The translations under genes were made by a program, and so were the position numbers. Below are positions 27,685 to 39,943 of a DNA stretch of 64,000 nucleotides, one piece after another (the first letter of the stretch is position 1; each line of letters begins with the position of its first letter). Origin of the DNA: Myxococcota bacterium (GTDB lineage: Bacteria; Myxococcota_A; UBA796); contig JAYZVA010000140.1 of NCBI GenBank assembly GCA_036156175.1, forward strand, positions 1,187 through 65,186. The letters run 5' to 3'. The notes beneath the pieces are model-generated. The model saw only the letters and a list, made by a program, of their open reading frames with translations, was not told the DNA's origin and searched no databases.

Positions 27685-28791
27685 GTGAAGGGCGCAGGCT
27701 GGAAGGGTCGGGCAGGGCTGCTGGTCGCGGGAATCGCGATCGGCTGCATTGCGGCCGAAGCGGCGTTTCGCATGGTCCGACCGGACGATGCAGTTGACCT
27801 GCTCTACAACGCGCCCGAGAACGCGCCGGACGGGCTGTACACCACCGATTCCACCGTGTATGCGATTCCAACCCCCGGATTTCGGGGCACGCAGCAGTCG
27901 CTGGGCTACGCCGTCGATCTTCGCATCAACAAGCACGGACTGCGGGGACCGGAGATCGGGGCCAAGACCCGGCCCCGTTACCTCGCGATTGGCGATTCGT
28001 TCACAATGGCGGCGCAGGTCTCGGAGTCCGACACGTTCGTGATGCGGGCCGCCGAAGATTTGAACGTGGAGATGCTCAACGGCGGCGTCGACGGGTACGG
28101 CACGTTTCAGGCGCTGGAGCGATACAAGCAGTTGGACGAAGCGTTGGACATCGACGGAGTGGTCTTGACCTTCTTTGTGGGCAACGACGTCCACGACAAT
28201 GTGCGGTGGTCCCGCGTGCAGCAAGAAGCCCGTCGGGTGCGCCCCGGACAGCCCTTGCAGCGACGTCCAGTGGGCGCCGTTCACGGATTCTTTTACAAAC
28301 GGTCGGCGCTGTATGCGGCGGTGCAGATGCAGCTGAGGCGGCGGGAACTGGCCAAGCCGAACGCGCCCGAACGGCACCGGTGGACGAGCGAGTTGATGCT
28401 CTTCACGCAGAATGGGGGAGGCGTGTTGGGGGCGCAGATGCCGCAGACCGCGCAAGCCCTGCGTCAGTTTGCAGCGGAGACGACGCGGCGCGGCGACACG
28501 CTCATGGTGGCGATTGCGCCCCCCGCGTTTCAGATCGAGACCGAACGCATGGATGCCACGTTTCAGCTGATTGGCATCGATCCCACCCAAGCGCGGGTGG
28601 ATGCGGTCTCGAATGCGGTCCGCGATGCGCTTCAGCGAATCGGCATCGCCCACTGCGACCTTGTGGACCCCCTTCGCCGCGCGCACCGCGCCGGGCGCGA
28701 GATGTACCTGCAGTACGACGGGCACTGGAGTCCGAAAGGCCATGCCGTGGTCTCGGACGCCCTCGTTCGGTGCATGACGAGCGCGCGCTAA
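27685..28791 (+). CDS. SGNH/GDSL-family hydrolase or acyltransferase, membrane anchored
   Basis: N-terminal TM helix present. SGNH blocks are AIGDSFT, GVDGYG, GNDVHDN and DGHWSPKGH. The start codon is GTG. Confidence 0.8.
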   Translation: MKGAGWKGRAGLLVAGIAIGCIAAEAAFRMVRPDDAVDLLYNAPENAPDGLYTTDSTVYAIPTPGFRGTQQSLGYAVDLRINKHGLRGPEIGAKTRPRYLAIGDSFTMAAQVSESDTFVMRAAEDLNVEMLNGGVDGYGTFQALERYKQLDEALDIDGVVLTFFVGNDVHDNVRWSRVQQEARRVRPGQPLQRRPVGAVHGFFYKRSALYAAVQMQLRRRELAKPNAPERHRWTSELMLFTQNGGGVLGAQMPQTAQALRQFAAETTRRGDTLMVAIAPPAFQIETERMDATFQLIGIDPTQARVDAVSNAVRDALQRIGIAHCDLVDPLRRAHRAGREMYLQYDGHWSPKGHAVVSDALVRCMTSAR

Positions 28792-30515
28792 GGCGCGAGG
28801 CCGCGGCGCAAGTCCCACACGTATCGGCCGTCCAGCTCAACGGGTTGGCCAAGGGTGGCTTCGAGGTCTTGGGTGTGGGCCGTCCGCACGCTGTCGGACG
28901 CGAACAACTCGGGATGGACCACGACCCAGCGGTAGCCCTCGGAAACCAACGAGTCGATGTCGGATGAACGCCGTGCTTCCCCGCCGCGCGGGTTCGGACC
29001 GCCGGGATCCGACCGGCTCAGATCCGCCCACGCCCGAAGCGTGGGATTGACGTGGGGCAGGTCGGGCCCCACCTTGTGGGAGTACGGAATGGGTCGGCGG
29101 TGCACGCCCTGCCAGTACAAGTACCGATTGGTCGCGATGCTCTGGCCGCGGGCGGCCGGCAGGTCGATCACCGCACCGTCCGCCTCCAGGTTCGCATAGA
29201 CCGTGGGCACGTCCCCATCGGACGTGTTGATCGGCCACACATTCGGGGCCACAGTGAGGTGCTCGACCATCACAATCACCGCGATCAGCCCGGTCCACGC
29301 CAGCGCGGGCAGCGGCACCCGTGCCTCCAGGCGTCGGACCGCGACGTCCGCCAGGACGGCCAGAATGCTGACGGCCCCGCAGATGAATCGCAGCGGATGG
29401 TCCATGGTGACACCCAGACCCAGGATGGCTCGAAAAGGCAGCGCCAACAGGTCGCCGCCGCTCGTTCGTACAAAGTCGCCGTCGTGCCACAGAAACGGTC
29501 CGAGGGCCAACACGGCGGTCAGCACCACCGCGACGAGCCACGCCCGTGCCCGCTTCGACAGAACCCACACGCAGGCCGAGAGCCCAAGAACGGTGAGCCC
29601 CAGGTACGGCGTTCGACGAAACGGGGTCGTGAGGGGCCCGTCCAGCTTCACCGTCCAGTAGTCGCCCGGATGAATGAAGGAGATGGGGTCCACGGCATTG
29701 ATGCGGAAGACCGGGTAGTTCAACAAAACCGTGCTCTTTTTTGCGATGCCCATGGGGTCATCGAGGTTGGCTTTAAGGGCCAAAAACGCCGGAAGTGCGA
29801 TCGCCGCACCGATCGCCGCGGCGCCCGCGGTGTTCGCGATTCGCTGTCGCCACGGAGGCGGCGTCCCCGTGGTGGGTTGGAGGAGCAAGATGGTGCCCAC
29901 CACAAGGGCCGCCGACACCCCGTGGTAGGGCGTTGCGAGTCCCGCCAGACCCACAGCGGCACCGCCGAGCCATGGGTTGCGCATGGCCGCGGCACCCGCC
30001 AACGGAACGAGTCCGATCCAGCAGGCCTCCACGGTCCCGTTGTGAATCTCGGCCAAGAAGGTGGGGGCCGTCGCCAGGGCAGCGGCGGCCACGTACCCGC
30101 GACCCCCCAGGCTTCGGGCAAAGGCCATGGCGGCCCCGGCCGCCAACAAGACCGCCACCACAATGATGCTGTTGTGCGCCAACACCGGGCCAGACGCCCA
30201 CTGGGCAAGCAACGAGATCATCGCCCCGAGCGGGTCGATGTACCACAATGTCCCGCCACGGGGGTGCGCCAAGCCCGCCACATCCCAGGGCAAGTCGCCG
30301 TTCGCGAGGTGGTTGAACACCCACCGCACCCCCCAAGCATGCGACCACACATCCAGCCCTTCATCGCCAATGAGCCGCTCGCCCAACGTCTGCCAGCTCG
30401 GAAACAACACAATGAGCCCGATCGCAAAGCAGTACAGGGCACGAAGTGCAGACTTTGAAAACGTGCGGTCCACGCGCTGAGGATACACTGACAACGATGA
30501 AAGAAACATCGGCAT
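28788..30515 (-). CDS. Polytopic membrane protein with a C-terminal soluble domain (GT-C-like architecture, inferred)
   Basis: Many TM helices are present. The first loop is acidic (GDEGLDVWSHAWG). A C-terminal segment of roughly 150 aa is non-membrane. Confidence 0.7.
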   Translation of the reverse strand: MPMFLSSLSVYPQRVDRTFSKSALRALYCFAIGLIVLFPSWQTLGERLIGDEGLDVWSHAWGVRWVFNHLANGDLPWDVAGLAHPRGGTLWYIDPLGAMISLLAQWASGPVLAHNSIIVVAVLLAAGAAMAFARSLGGRGYVAAAALATAPTFLAEIHNGTVEACWIGLVPLAGAAAMRNPWLGGAAVGLAGLATPYHGVSAALVVGTILLLQPTTGTPPPWRQRIANTAGAAAIGAAIALPAFLALKANLDDPMGIAKKSTVLLNYPVFRINAVDPISFIHPGDYWTVKLDGPLTTPFRRTPYLGLTVLGLSACVWVLSKRARAWLVAVVLTAVLALGPFLWHDGDFVRTSGGDLLALPFRAILGLGVTMDHPLRFICGAVSILAVLADVAVRRLEARVPLPALAWTGLIAVIVMVEHLTVAPNVWPINTSDGDVPTVYANLEADGAVIDLPAARGQSIATNRYLYWQGVHRRPIPYSHKVGPDLPHVNPTLRAWADLSRSDPGGPNPRGGEARRSSDIDSLVSEGYRWVVVHPELFASDSVRTAHTQDLEATLGQPVELDGRYVWDLRRGLAP

Positions 30516-32149
30516 GGGGGCCGGCGCACTGGATCGTCGCCATCGCGTTGGGCATCGGGCTGTGTGCGGCGGTCATGGGCGGGGCGTGGTTCGACTTGGG
30601 CCAAAGCCTGCCGGGGGTCTACAACGATGACTGGGCCAACGGCGTGTACTTGCATCACCAGGTGCACGAGGCCTTGGCCGCTGGGCGTCTGGACCTGTCC
30701 GATCCGAATCAGTTTTTCCCGTTTGGGTACAACCCGGTGCACACCAATGGGGGCAACAGCCTCGAAATGGTGGTCTCGGGGCTCTTTCGAATGGCGCTGC
30801 CGTGGCCGTATTGGTTGTCGGTTGCGGCGCTCGCGTGGATTCCGCTGAATCTGCTTGCGTTTGTGCCCCTGGGGCGGCGGCTGTGGGACCGTCCGTCCGT
30901 CATCTTGGCCGCTGCGGCCACCTGGGCCGTGTTTCCGCCGGTACTCGATCACATCGGCGCGGGAAGGCTGACCCAGGCCGCATTGATCGGCCTGCCACTG
31001 GCAGTGGCTGGGATGCTCGATGTCGCCCATGGCGGAGGTCGCCGCTCGCGCTGGCTGGCGGCCGCAGGATGGGCATTGACGGGGCTTGGGTACTGGTACA
31101 ACGCCTTGTTTGTGGGGTTGTTTTTGCCCGCAATTTGGTGGGCGCTCCGGACGCCGGGGAACGGCCTCCGGTTCGCGCGGGAGTTGCTTCAGGTGGCGGC
31201 CATGGCGTTGGCGATGGTCAGCCCGGTGTTGCTGGTGGTGTTTTGGCCGGTCTTGATGGGCGGAAGCATGCCGGGCAGCCACATTGACCCCACGCAGATG
31301 AACATTGTGTTCCCCGATGCGCTGCACCTCGTGGGCGGTCAAGCCCCGGGCTTGGTCAACTGGTTGCCCTACTCGATGATGGCGGGCATTGGTCTCTTTG
31401 CCGTGGCGGGTCGCCGTCGGGCCTTGTGGGGTTCGCTGATGGCGATGGGGGTTGTCTGCGCCCTCGGGCCGGGCCAGGAGATTGCCGGAACCGCGTACCG
31501 GATGCCGTACTGGTTGCTGTGGAAGACCGTTCCGGGGCTGGCCAGCATGTTCCACCCCGACCGCTGGATCTTGGTCACGGGGTTGTTTCTGTCCATCGCG
31601 GCGGTGGATGGGTTCGCCGCTCGACTTCCGCGGGTGGCTTGGGCGGTGCCCCTCGGGGTGATGGTGCAGCTGTGGGTTCGCGGGGACGCGCCGATGGCAA
31701 CGTGGACGCCGTCGGTGCCGCCGCACTGGCAGGCGCTGGCCAGCGACACCGAACCCGGCGCCGTCATTGTCATCCCGATGGACTACGGGCAACTGGCGGG
31801 GCAATACCAGCGGGTCCACGGTCGGCCGTTGTTGGGCGGCATGCTCGAGGATCAGCCGTGGCGGCATCCGCCGGAGTGGCGCGCCTACGTGGCGGGCAAC
31901 GAAGTGCTTCGACGATTGCGATCGGTGAGCTACGGGCAGGGCGAGTTGGGCGAGCCCAGTGCCGCTGCATGGGCGCAGTTGGAGAGCGATGGGTTCAGCC
32001 ACATCGTTTACGACGCCGAGAGTTGGGTGAAGAGCCAGCGTCGTGCCGATGTTCATCCCGCCGCCCACCTGCGGTCGTCGCTCGGCGAACCCGATTTTGA
32101 GTCGCCGTCGGGAATGGTCTGGCGCCTTCCGAGTACCCGCGAACCGTAA
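30497..32149 (+). CDS. Polytopic membrane protein, apparently sharing the architecture of 28788..30515 and possibly its paralogue
   Basis: The start is placed at MKETSAWGPAHWIVAIALGIGL. The first loop is acidic (YNDDWANGVYLHH). It has the same TM-plus-C-terminal-domain layout as its neighbour. Confidence 0.7.
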   Translation: MKETSAWGPAHWIVAIALGIGLCAAVMGGAWFDLGQSLPGVYNDDWANGVYLHHQVHEALAAGRLDLSDPNQFFPFGYNPVHTNGGNSLEMVVSGLFRMALPWPYWLSVAALAWIPLNLLAFVPLGRRLWDRPSVILAAAATWAVFPPVLDHIGAGRLTQAALIGLPLAVAGMLDVAHGGGRRSRWLAAAGWALTGLGYWYNALFVGLFLPAIWWALRTPGNGLRFARELLQVAAMALAMVSPVLLVVFWPVLMGGSMPGSHIDPTQMNIVFPDALHLVGGQAPGLVNWLPYSMMAGIGLFAVAGRRRALWGSLMAMGVVCALGPGQEIAGTAYRMPYWLLWKTVPGLASMFHPDRWILVTGLFLSIAAVDGFAARLPRVAWAVPLGVMVQLWVRGDAPMATWTPSVPPHWQALASDTEPGAVIVIPMDYGQLAGQYQRVHGRPLLGGMLEDQPWRHPPEWRAYVAGNEVLRRLRSVSYGQGELGEPSAAAWAQLESDGFSHIVYDAESWVKSQRRADVHPAAHLRSSLGEPDFESPSGMVWRLPSTREP

Positions 32150-32216
32150 AGGTTCGCGTCTTTGTTTCAAGCCAGGACCGATTTGTGGATATACACTGAG
32201 CCTACGGAGGCATTTC

Positions 32217-34643
<2,427 letters not shown>

Positions 34644-34675
34644 GCGTCCGACTGTTGGGCAACGCTGGGGATTGA

Positions 34676-35866
34676 ATGCGCTGGTCATCCGTATTGTCGA
34701 CCCAACCCGACCCGGCCGTCGCTGCGGCGGTCGTCACCGAGGCTGTCCGCGACCAACTGGGGGGCGTGCATGCCGACCTGATGTTGGTGTTTGCCTGCGG
34801 TCATGAGATTGCCGCGTGGACGGTGTTCATCGAACACCTCCGCCAACAGTTTCCGGAAGCCGTCTTGTTGGGCTGCAGCGCCGGCGGGGTGGTCGGTGGG
34901 GGTCGCGAAGTCGAGGGCGAGGTCTCCTTGTCGGTGACCGCGGCCTCGTTGCCCGATGTGGCTGTGGTGGGGTTTCACTACGACGAAGACTCGTCCGCGT
35001 CTGTGGAAGAGGACGCCCATTGGTGGCACAAGCACCTTGGAGTCGAGGCGGATCATCAGCCCTCCTTTTTGCTCATTCCCGACCCCTACAGTTGCGACTC
35101 GACGCACCTGATGAAAGGGCTCGATCGCGCGTTTCCCGGGCAGGTCAAGTTGGGAGGACTGGCCAGCGGCGCCAACGGTCCCGGCGAGAACGTGCTGATC
35201 CTGAACGACCAGATTCTGCACGCGGGTGCGGTTGGCGTTGCGCTGTACGGCGACATCGAAGTGGATGCGGTGGTGGCCCAAGGGTGCCGACCGGTCGGCG
35301 AACCGATGGTGGTGACGCGCGCCGAGGGCAACCTGTTGATTGAGTTGTCCGGGGGGCGGGCGCTGGACCAGCTTCAGCGCGTGTTTGCCGGCCTCGGCGA
35401 GGACGACCAAGCGCTCTTTCGCGGCCTCCCAATGGTGGGTCTGGGGATGGAAAAAGGGCGGGGCCAATACCGTCAGGGTGATTTCCTGATTCGGCACCTC
35501 ATGGGCATGGACCGCACCAGCGGCGTGCTCGCGGTGGGGGCGATGCTGGAGGAAGGTCAGGTGGTGCAGTTTCACGTGCGGGATGCCGAAAGTTCCCGCC
35601 ACGACCTCGAAGAGTTGCTCGTTCAGCACGCCCGCTCCCGACCGGTGGACCTCACCGAAGGAGCCATCATGTTCAGCTGCTTGGGGCGTGGGCACGCATT
35701 CTTTGGCGAACCCGATCACGACTGCAGCATGACGGCCCGCCATCTCGGAGGCGTCGCCATCGGCGGCTTTTTCTGCGCCGGCGAGATCGGTCCGGTCCAT
35801 GGCCAGTCGTGGCTCCACGGCTACACGAGCGCCATTGGTATTTTCCGCCCCCGCGGCTGGAGCTAA
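34676..35866 (+). CDS. FIST-domain sensory protein
   Basis: The length and the N- and C-terminal FIST-like layout fit. I recognise the family, but only by recall. Confidence 0.7.
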   Translation: MRWSSVLSTQPDPAVAAAVVTEAVRDQLGGVHADLMLVFACGHEIAAWTVFIEHLRQQFPEAVLLGCSAGGVVGGGREVEGEVSLSVTAASLPDVAVVGFHYDEDSSASVEEDAHWWHKHLGVEADHQPSFLLIPDPYSCDSTHLMKGLDRAFPGQVKLGGLASGANGPGENVLILNDQILHAGAVGVALYGDIEVDAVVAQGCRPVGEPMVVTRAEGNLLIELSGGRALDQLQRVFAGLGEDDQALFRGLPMVGLGMEKGRGQYRQGDFLIRHLMGMDRTSGVLAVGAMLEEGQVVQFHVRDAESSRHDLEELLVQHARSRPVDLTEGAIMFSCLGRGHAFFGEPDHDCSMTARHLGGVAIGGFFCAGEIGPVHGQSWLHGYTSAIGIFRPRGWS

Positions 35867-37839
35867 TCGGCGTCGGTCCAAGCGGATCCGGTCCACGGCC
35901 CGACGGCGTAAACCTCGACCGCCCCGTCTAGGGCGCTCAGGATCACGTCGCCCACCCCGTCGAGGTCCAGATCGGCCAGACCGGAATGGACGCCACGGGC
36001 CTCGCCGCTTGCTGAACCCGTCATGACCCGGTCCGGGGTGGCGGCGAAGGTGTCCAAGGCAATCGGTCCGAACACGATGGATGTTTGACCAACCCCGACA
36101 GCGTCGCCGATCTTTGCGCCGTAGTTCTGAACGAGCAGATCGGTGTGGCCATCGCCATCAATGTCGGTGCACTTGAGCGTCAAGGCGGTGTCCGCCCGTG
36201 GAATGTCCAGGGACCATTCCGGCGTCAAGGCCGAACTGCCGGACAGTTCGTCGGTTTCGATGGACGCGAGGCGGACGGCGTCGTTGCTGTCGGTGATGGG
36301 CTCTGAGTACGCCAATTCCGCGTGGCCATCGCCGCTGAGGTCTGCGGTGCACAGGCCGGAACCCACGGGCGCTGTGTCGCTCCCGTCGGCAACCGCATGC
36401 CACGTGACGTCCACGGAATCCGCCCACCCCGCGGGGTCGAGCGGTCCCAAGAACACGTCAAATCCCGCACCCGTGGGCAGCACCAAGTCATCCGCGCCGT
36501 CCGAGTTGAGGTCGCCCACCGTTGGGGTCACGGCCGCGATTGCTATGGCGGGGTAGCGGGCCATGGGCGTATCGGATGAAATCACAACGTCCTCAGTCGG
36601 GTCTTCCCAGAGCACGACGTCACCGCCTTCGCGGGTCAGTACGGCGCTCAGCGGCGCAGAGGCGGTCAGAGCGCCGTAGACGATGCCACCCACACCCCAA
36701 GCGCCTCCGTTTTCTTCCGTCGACGTCAGCTCTGCTGCAGGAGCATCCAAATCAAAGTCGTCCGCATGCGTCTCGGTGTACAGGCGAACGCTGGTCTGTA
36801 AGACCGCCCCGGTTGTCATGAGCGGTGTGGGAACCAACAGGTCCAGTGCACCATCGCCATCAAAGTCCGCTTGCGCGTGGAGACCGCCGCCAGGCAGAAG
36901 GGCATCGGTCGACGATTCGATGACGCGGCTTGGTGGGCTGCCATCCTCGAGAATCGGTCCAGCATAGAGCAGCACGCGATGGTCCATTGGGGCGAACGCC
37001 ATGATGTCATCCACGCCATCGCCGGTGAAGTCCCCGGTCGCCACGGTGCCAAACGTGCTGACGCCTTCTCGAGCGAGTGCGATTCTGTCTTCGGACACAT
37101 CGATCGCGCACCCGTTGTCGAGGTGACCGTCGCAGTTGTCGTCCACCGCATCGCAGATCTCGCCGGCGTCGGGATGAATGGAAGGGGCGCCATCGTCGCA
37201 GTCGTCGGCACGTTCCACCCATCCAGCGGGCGCGGAGCACGCCCGAACCTCCGTCTCGGCACTCCCCCAGCCATCGTCGTCGGAATCTTCGTAAAATGGC
37301 TGGCCGCCGATCGCCGGGCCATCGTCGATGCTGCCGTTGCAGTCGTTGTCGATGTCATCGCACGCCTCTTCGGCGTGCGGGTTCACGTCGGGGTCGTCAT
37401 CATCGCAGTCCCCCCGCACGGTGACTTGCCCATCGGCACCGGCGCACCCGAACCCCATCGGCGGTCCGGCGCCAAACCCGTCCCCATCGTGGTCGGTATA
37501 CCAGTCGGTGGCATCGGTGGCGGAGTCGTCGTCCGGGACGCCGTCGCAGTTGTTGTCGATCCCGTCGCAGACTTCGGTGGCATCGGGGTGCTGGCCGGGG
37601 TCGTTGTCGTTGCAGTCGCCATCGTTGTCCACCCGATCCGGTTCTGCACCGCACACCAGCACCATGTCAGCCGGGTCGCCAAATCCATCCCCATCGGCAT
37701 CCGCATAGGCGGGCCGTGCGGCTTCGCCTTCGCAACGTTCGGTCGGGGAGTTGGCTGGGTTGTCGCTCTGCGTCGTGCCTTTTTCATCAGCGCAGCCGGA
37801 GAACGCGAGGGTGGCGGCCAGCAAGTATTGACGGGTCAT
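35863..37839 (-). CDS. Lipoprotein with Cys/Asp-rich metal-binding-type repeats and FG-GAP/VCBS-like repeats
   Basis: The lipobox is LAFSGC. Repeats of the type CDGIDNDCDG and DHDGDGFG are followed by repeated DFxGDGxxD(L/I) units (DFTGDGVDDI, DFDGDGALDL, DLSGDGHAEL, DIDGDGHTDL, DLDLDGVGDV). Confidence 0.8.
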   Translation of the reverse strand: MTRQYLLAATLAFSGCADEKGTTQSDNPANSPTERCEGEAARPAYADADGDGFGDPADMVLVCGAEPDRVDNDGDCNDNDPGQHPDATEVCDGIDNNCDGVPDDDSATDATDWYTDHDGDGFGAGPPMGFGCAGADGQVTVRGDCDDDDPDVNPHAEEACDDIDNDCNGSIDDGPAIGGQPFYEDSDDDGWGSAETEVRACSAPAGWVERADDCDDGAPSIHPDAGEICDAVDDNCDGHLDNGCAIDVSEDRIALAREGVSTFGTVATGDFTGDGVDDIMAFAPMDHRVLLYAGPILEDGSPPSRVIESSTDALLPGGGLHAQADFDGDGALDLLVPTPLMTTGAVLQTSVRLYTETHADDFDLDAPAAELTSTEENGGAWGVGGIVYGALTASAPLSAVLTREGGDVVLWEDPTEDVVISSDTPMARYPAIAIAAVTPTVGDLNSDGADDLVLPTGAGFDVFLGPLDPAGWADSVDVTWHAVADGSDTAPVGSGLCTADLSGDGHAELAYSEPITDSNDAVRLASIETDELSGSSALTPEWSLDIPRADTALTLKCTDIDGDGHTDLLVQNYGAKIGDAVGVGQTSIVFGPIALDTFAATPDRVMTGSASGEARGVHSGLADLDLDGVGDVILSALDGAVEVYAVGPWTGSAWTDAD

Positions 37840-37922
37840 GACTTATTCTCGGTGGGGGATCTTTTCGATAGGGCTTTAGTGCATCGCTTGCATAATAATA
37901 CACGAGGGTGTACGGTCTTGGC

Positions 37923-38732
37923 ATGTCAAGACTTAATCCAGCAAAGCCATTCCTCAAGTGGGCGGGCGGCAAGCGCCAACTCATGCCGTTTCTGCGGGAG
38001 CGAGTGCCGGAGGAGTTCGGCACCTACCACGAGCCGTTTATTGGCGGTGGAGCCCTGTTCTTCGACACGGAGCCGGTCAACGCGGTCATTGCGGACTACA
38101 ACCTTCGGTTGGTTCGGACCTATCGGGCCGTGCGCGATTCGCCCGATGCGGTCATCGCGTTGCTCAAGACCTACCCAAATGACAAAGAGTTCTTCTTGTC
38201 GATGCGGGCGCAAGACATCGATGCCGCCGACGATGTGCACCTGGCCGCCTGGATGATCTACCTGAATCGCACCGGCTTCAATGGGCTGTATCGGGTGAAC
38301 CGAAAGGGCGGATTCAACGTGCCCTTCGGCCGGTACAAGAACCCCAAGATCTGCGACGCCGACAACCTGCGGGCCGTTGCCCGGCGGTTGGCGAATGTGG
38401 AGATTCTTCACAGCGACTTTCGCAGCGTGGGCGATCGAGCGCAGCCGGGCGACTTCGTCTACTTCGACCCGCCCTACGTGCCGGCCTCCAACACCGCTTC
38501 GTTCACGGCGTACACAAAGAATGGGTTCGACCTGGACGACCAGGCGGAGCTGCGCGATCTCGCCCGACGGCTGAAGAAGAAAGGCGTGTCGGTGTTGCTG
38601 TCCAACTCATCGGTACCGGAAGTGCACGCCTTGTACGCCGAGGGATTTGAGACCATCGAAATCTTCGCGAACCGTGCCATCAACTGCAACGCGGCGAAGC
38701 GTGGGAAGGTTGCGGAAGCGTTGATCTGGTAG
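37923..38732 (+). CDS. dam: Dam-family N6-adenine DNA methyltransferase with no adjacent restriction gene
   Basis: Motifs are KPFLKWAGGKRQL, EPFIGGGALFF and FVYFDPPYVP. An alternative start lies at 37908. Confidence 0.9.
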   Translation: MSRLNPAKPFLKWAGGKRQLMPFLRERVPEEFGTYHEPFIGGGALFFDTEPVNAVIADYNLRLVRTYRAVRDSPDAVIALLKTYPNDKEFFLSMRAQDIDAADDVHLAAWMIYLNRTGFNGLYRVNRKGGFNVPFGRYKNPKICDADNLRAVARRLANVEILHSDFRSVGDRAQPGDFVYFDPPYVPASNTASFTAYTKNGFDLDDQAELRDLARRLKKKGVSVLLSNSSVPEVHALYAEGFETIEIFANRAINCNAAKRGKVAEALIW

Positions 38733-38746
38733 GTGCCGAGCGGCGC

Positions 38747-39520
38747 CTATTGGTGAACCTGCATCTTTTTACCGGACGTGACCACCTCGGAGTTCAATCC
38801 GGTGACCGATGCCTTGGGTCGCACCAGATCCCCACTCATCAGTTTGAATGTCCCGGCGAGCCAAGACATCACCAGGGACTCGAGGTTCGGTGCACGGGTC
38901 AGCATTCGGGTGCCGTGACCGCCCTCTGGCAACAGTTCATAATGAACCTGCCCTTGCGCCATGCCTTCCAAGGCCTCGGCGTTGCGGGGCCCAAATCGGT
39001 CGTCATCCGCCGCCACGATCAACACGGGGCGGTCGCCGTAGGCCTTCAGCGCGCCGCCGCTGGTGATCCCTTTGTAGTTGAGTCCTGGGCTCAGGAGAAC
39101 CAAGTTGACGATCCCCGGATCGGCGGCACCCAGTTGAGCGCAGAGGTTTGCCCCCAAGGAGGCACCGACGCAGCTCACTTCCGCCACGCCCTTGGAACGG
39201 AGCCATTGCGCGGCGGCCGCGAGGTCGGTGACCATCGCCGTGTAGTCCTCGGCGCCCAACTCGGTGCCCGCCTTGTCGCTCTTCCCGTGACCCCGCAGGT
39301 CCACAGCAACCGACGATAATTTGGCCGACTCCAATCGTTTGGCCAGCGATGCCCAGTCGCTCGAGTCCCGGCTCAGCATGTGGGCCATGACCACCCCGCG
39401 GGCGGATCCGTTCACGACGGTGGCTTCGGCATGAATCCGGGTGCCATCGGCGGCACTCAGCGACACCGGTGTCGCCGCGGAGGCGACACTCATCCATAAG
39501 GCAAGACTGGTGCTCAGCAT
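38747..39520 (-). CDS. Exported alpha/beta hydrolase
   Basis: Signal peptide present. HGKSD and the nucleophile elbow GASLGA are present, with a late His in EGGHGT. Confidence 0.8.
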   Translation of the reverse strand: MLSTSLALWMSVASAATPVSLSAADGTRIHAEATVVNGSARGVVMAHMLSRDSSDWASLAKRLESAKLSSVAVDLRGHGKSDKAGTELGAEDYTAMVTDLAAAAQWLRSKGVAEVSCVGASLGANLCAQLGAADPGIVNLVLLSPGLNYKGITSGGALKAYGDRPVLIVAADDDRFGPRNAEALEGMAQGQVHYELLPEGGHGTRMLTRAPNLESLVMSWLAGTFKLMSGDLVRPKASVTGLNSEVVTSGKKMQVHQ

Positions 39521-39567
39521 TCGTTCCTCGCGGTGGCCCCACTATACATGCGATGCCGACTCAACGG

Positions 39568-39849
39568 CTACGAAGTGAGCGCATTGAGTGCAGCCAGGAG
39601 GTCGTCCAACGGTGCCGAATACGCGGCGGCGGCCTCTTCGAGCGTTTCGTCGAATCGCACGGCGCATGTGCTGCAAGAGGGCAGGCCAAAATCTCGGAAC
39701 ACGCGCGGCACATCGGGGTGTGCGCTCCATGCCCGGTCGACGGACATGGTCGCCACAAACGGGACTGCAGCCGGTGCGTGCCGTGGCGGGTCCTGCACGG
39801 TTTCCAGTAGCCGGAATGCGCGGTGGATGATGGCTCGGATCCGGTTCAT
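39568..39849 (-). CDS. Small DUF1858-like protein
   Basis: It is 93 aa. The motif FGLPSCSTCAVRFDETLEEAAAAYSAPLDDLLAALN resembles the DUF1858 redox-disulfide domain as I recall it. Confidence 0.55.
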   Translation of the reverse strand: MNRIRAIIHRAFRLLETVQDPPRHAPAAVPFVATMSVDRAWSAHPDVPRVFRDFGLPSCSTCAVRFDETLEEAAAAYSAPLDDLLAALNALTS

Positions 39850-39943
39850 GCATCAAAGCATATCGTCTCCGTGGCCCATGGGTTTGACAGCCCACCCGCC
39901 TGCGATAAGCAAAGCGCCTGCCCGGGGACGGGCCGTTCTTTGA

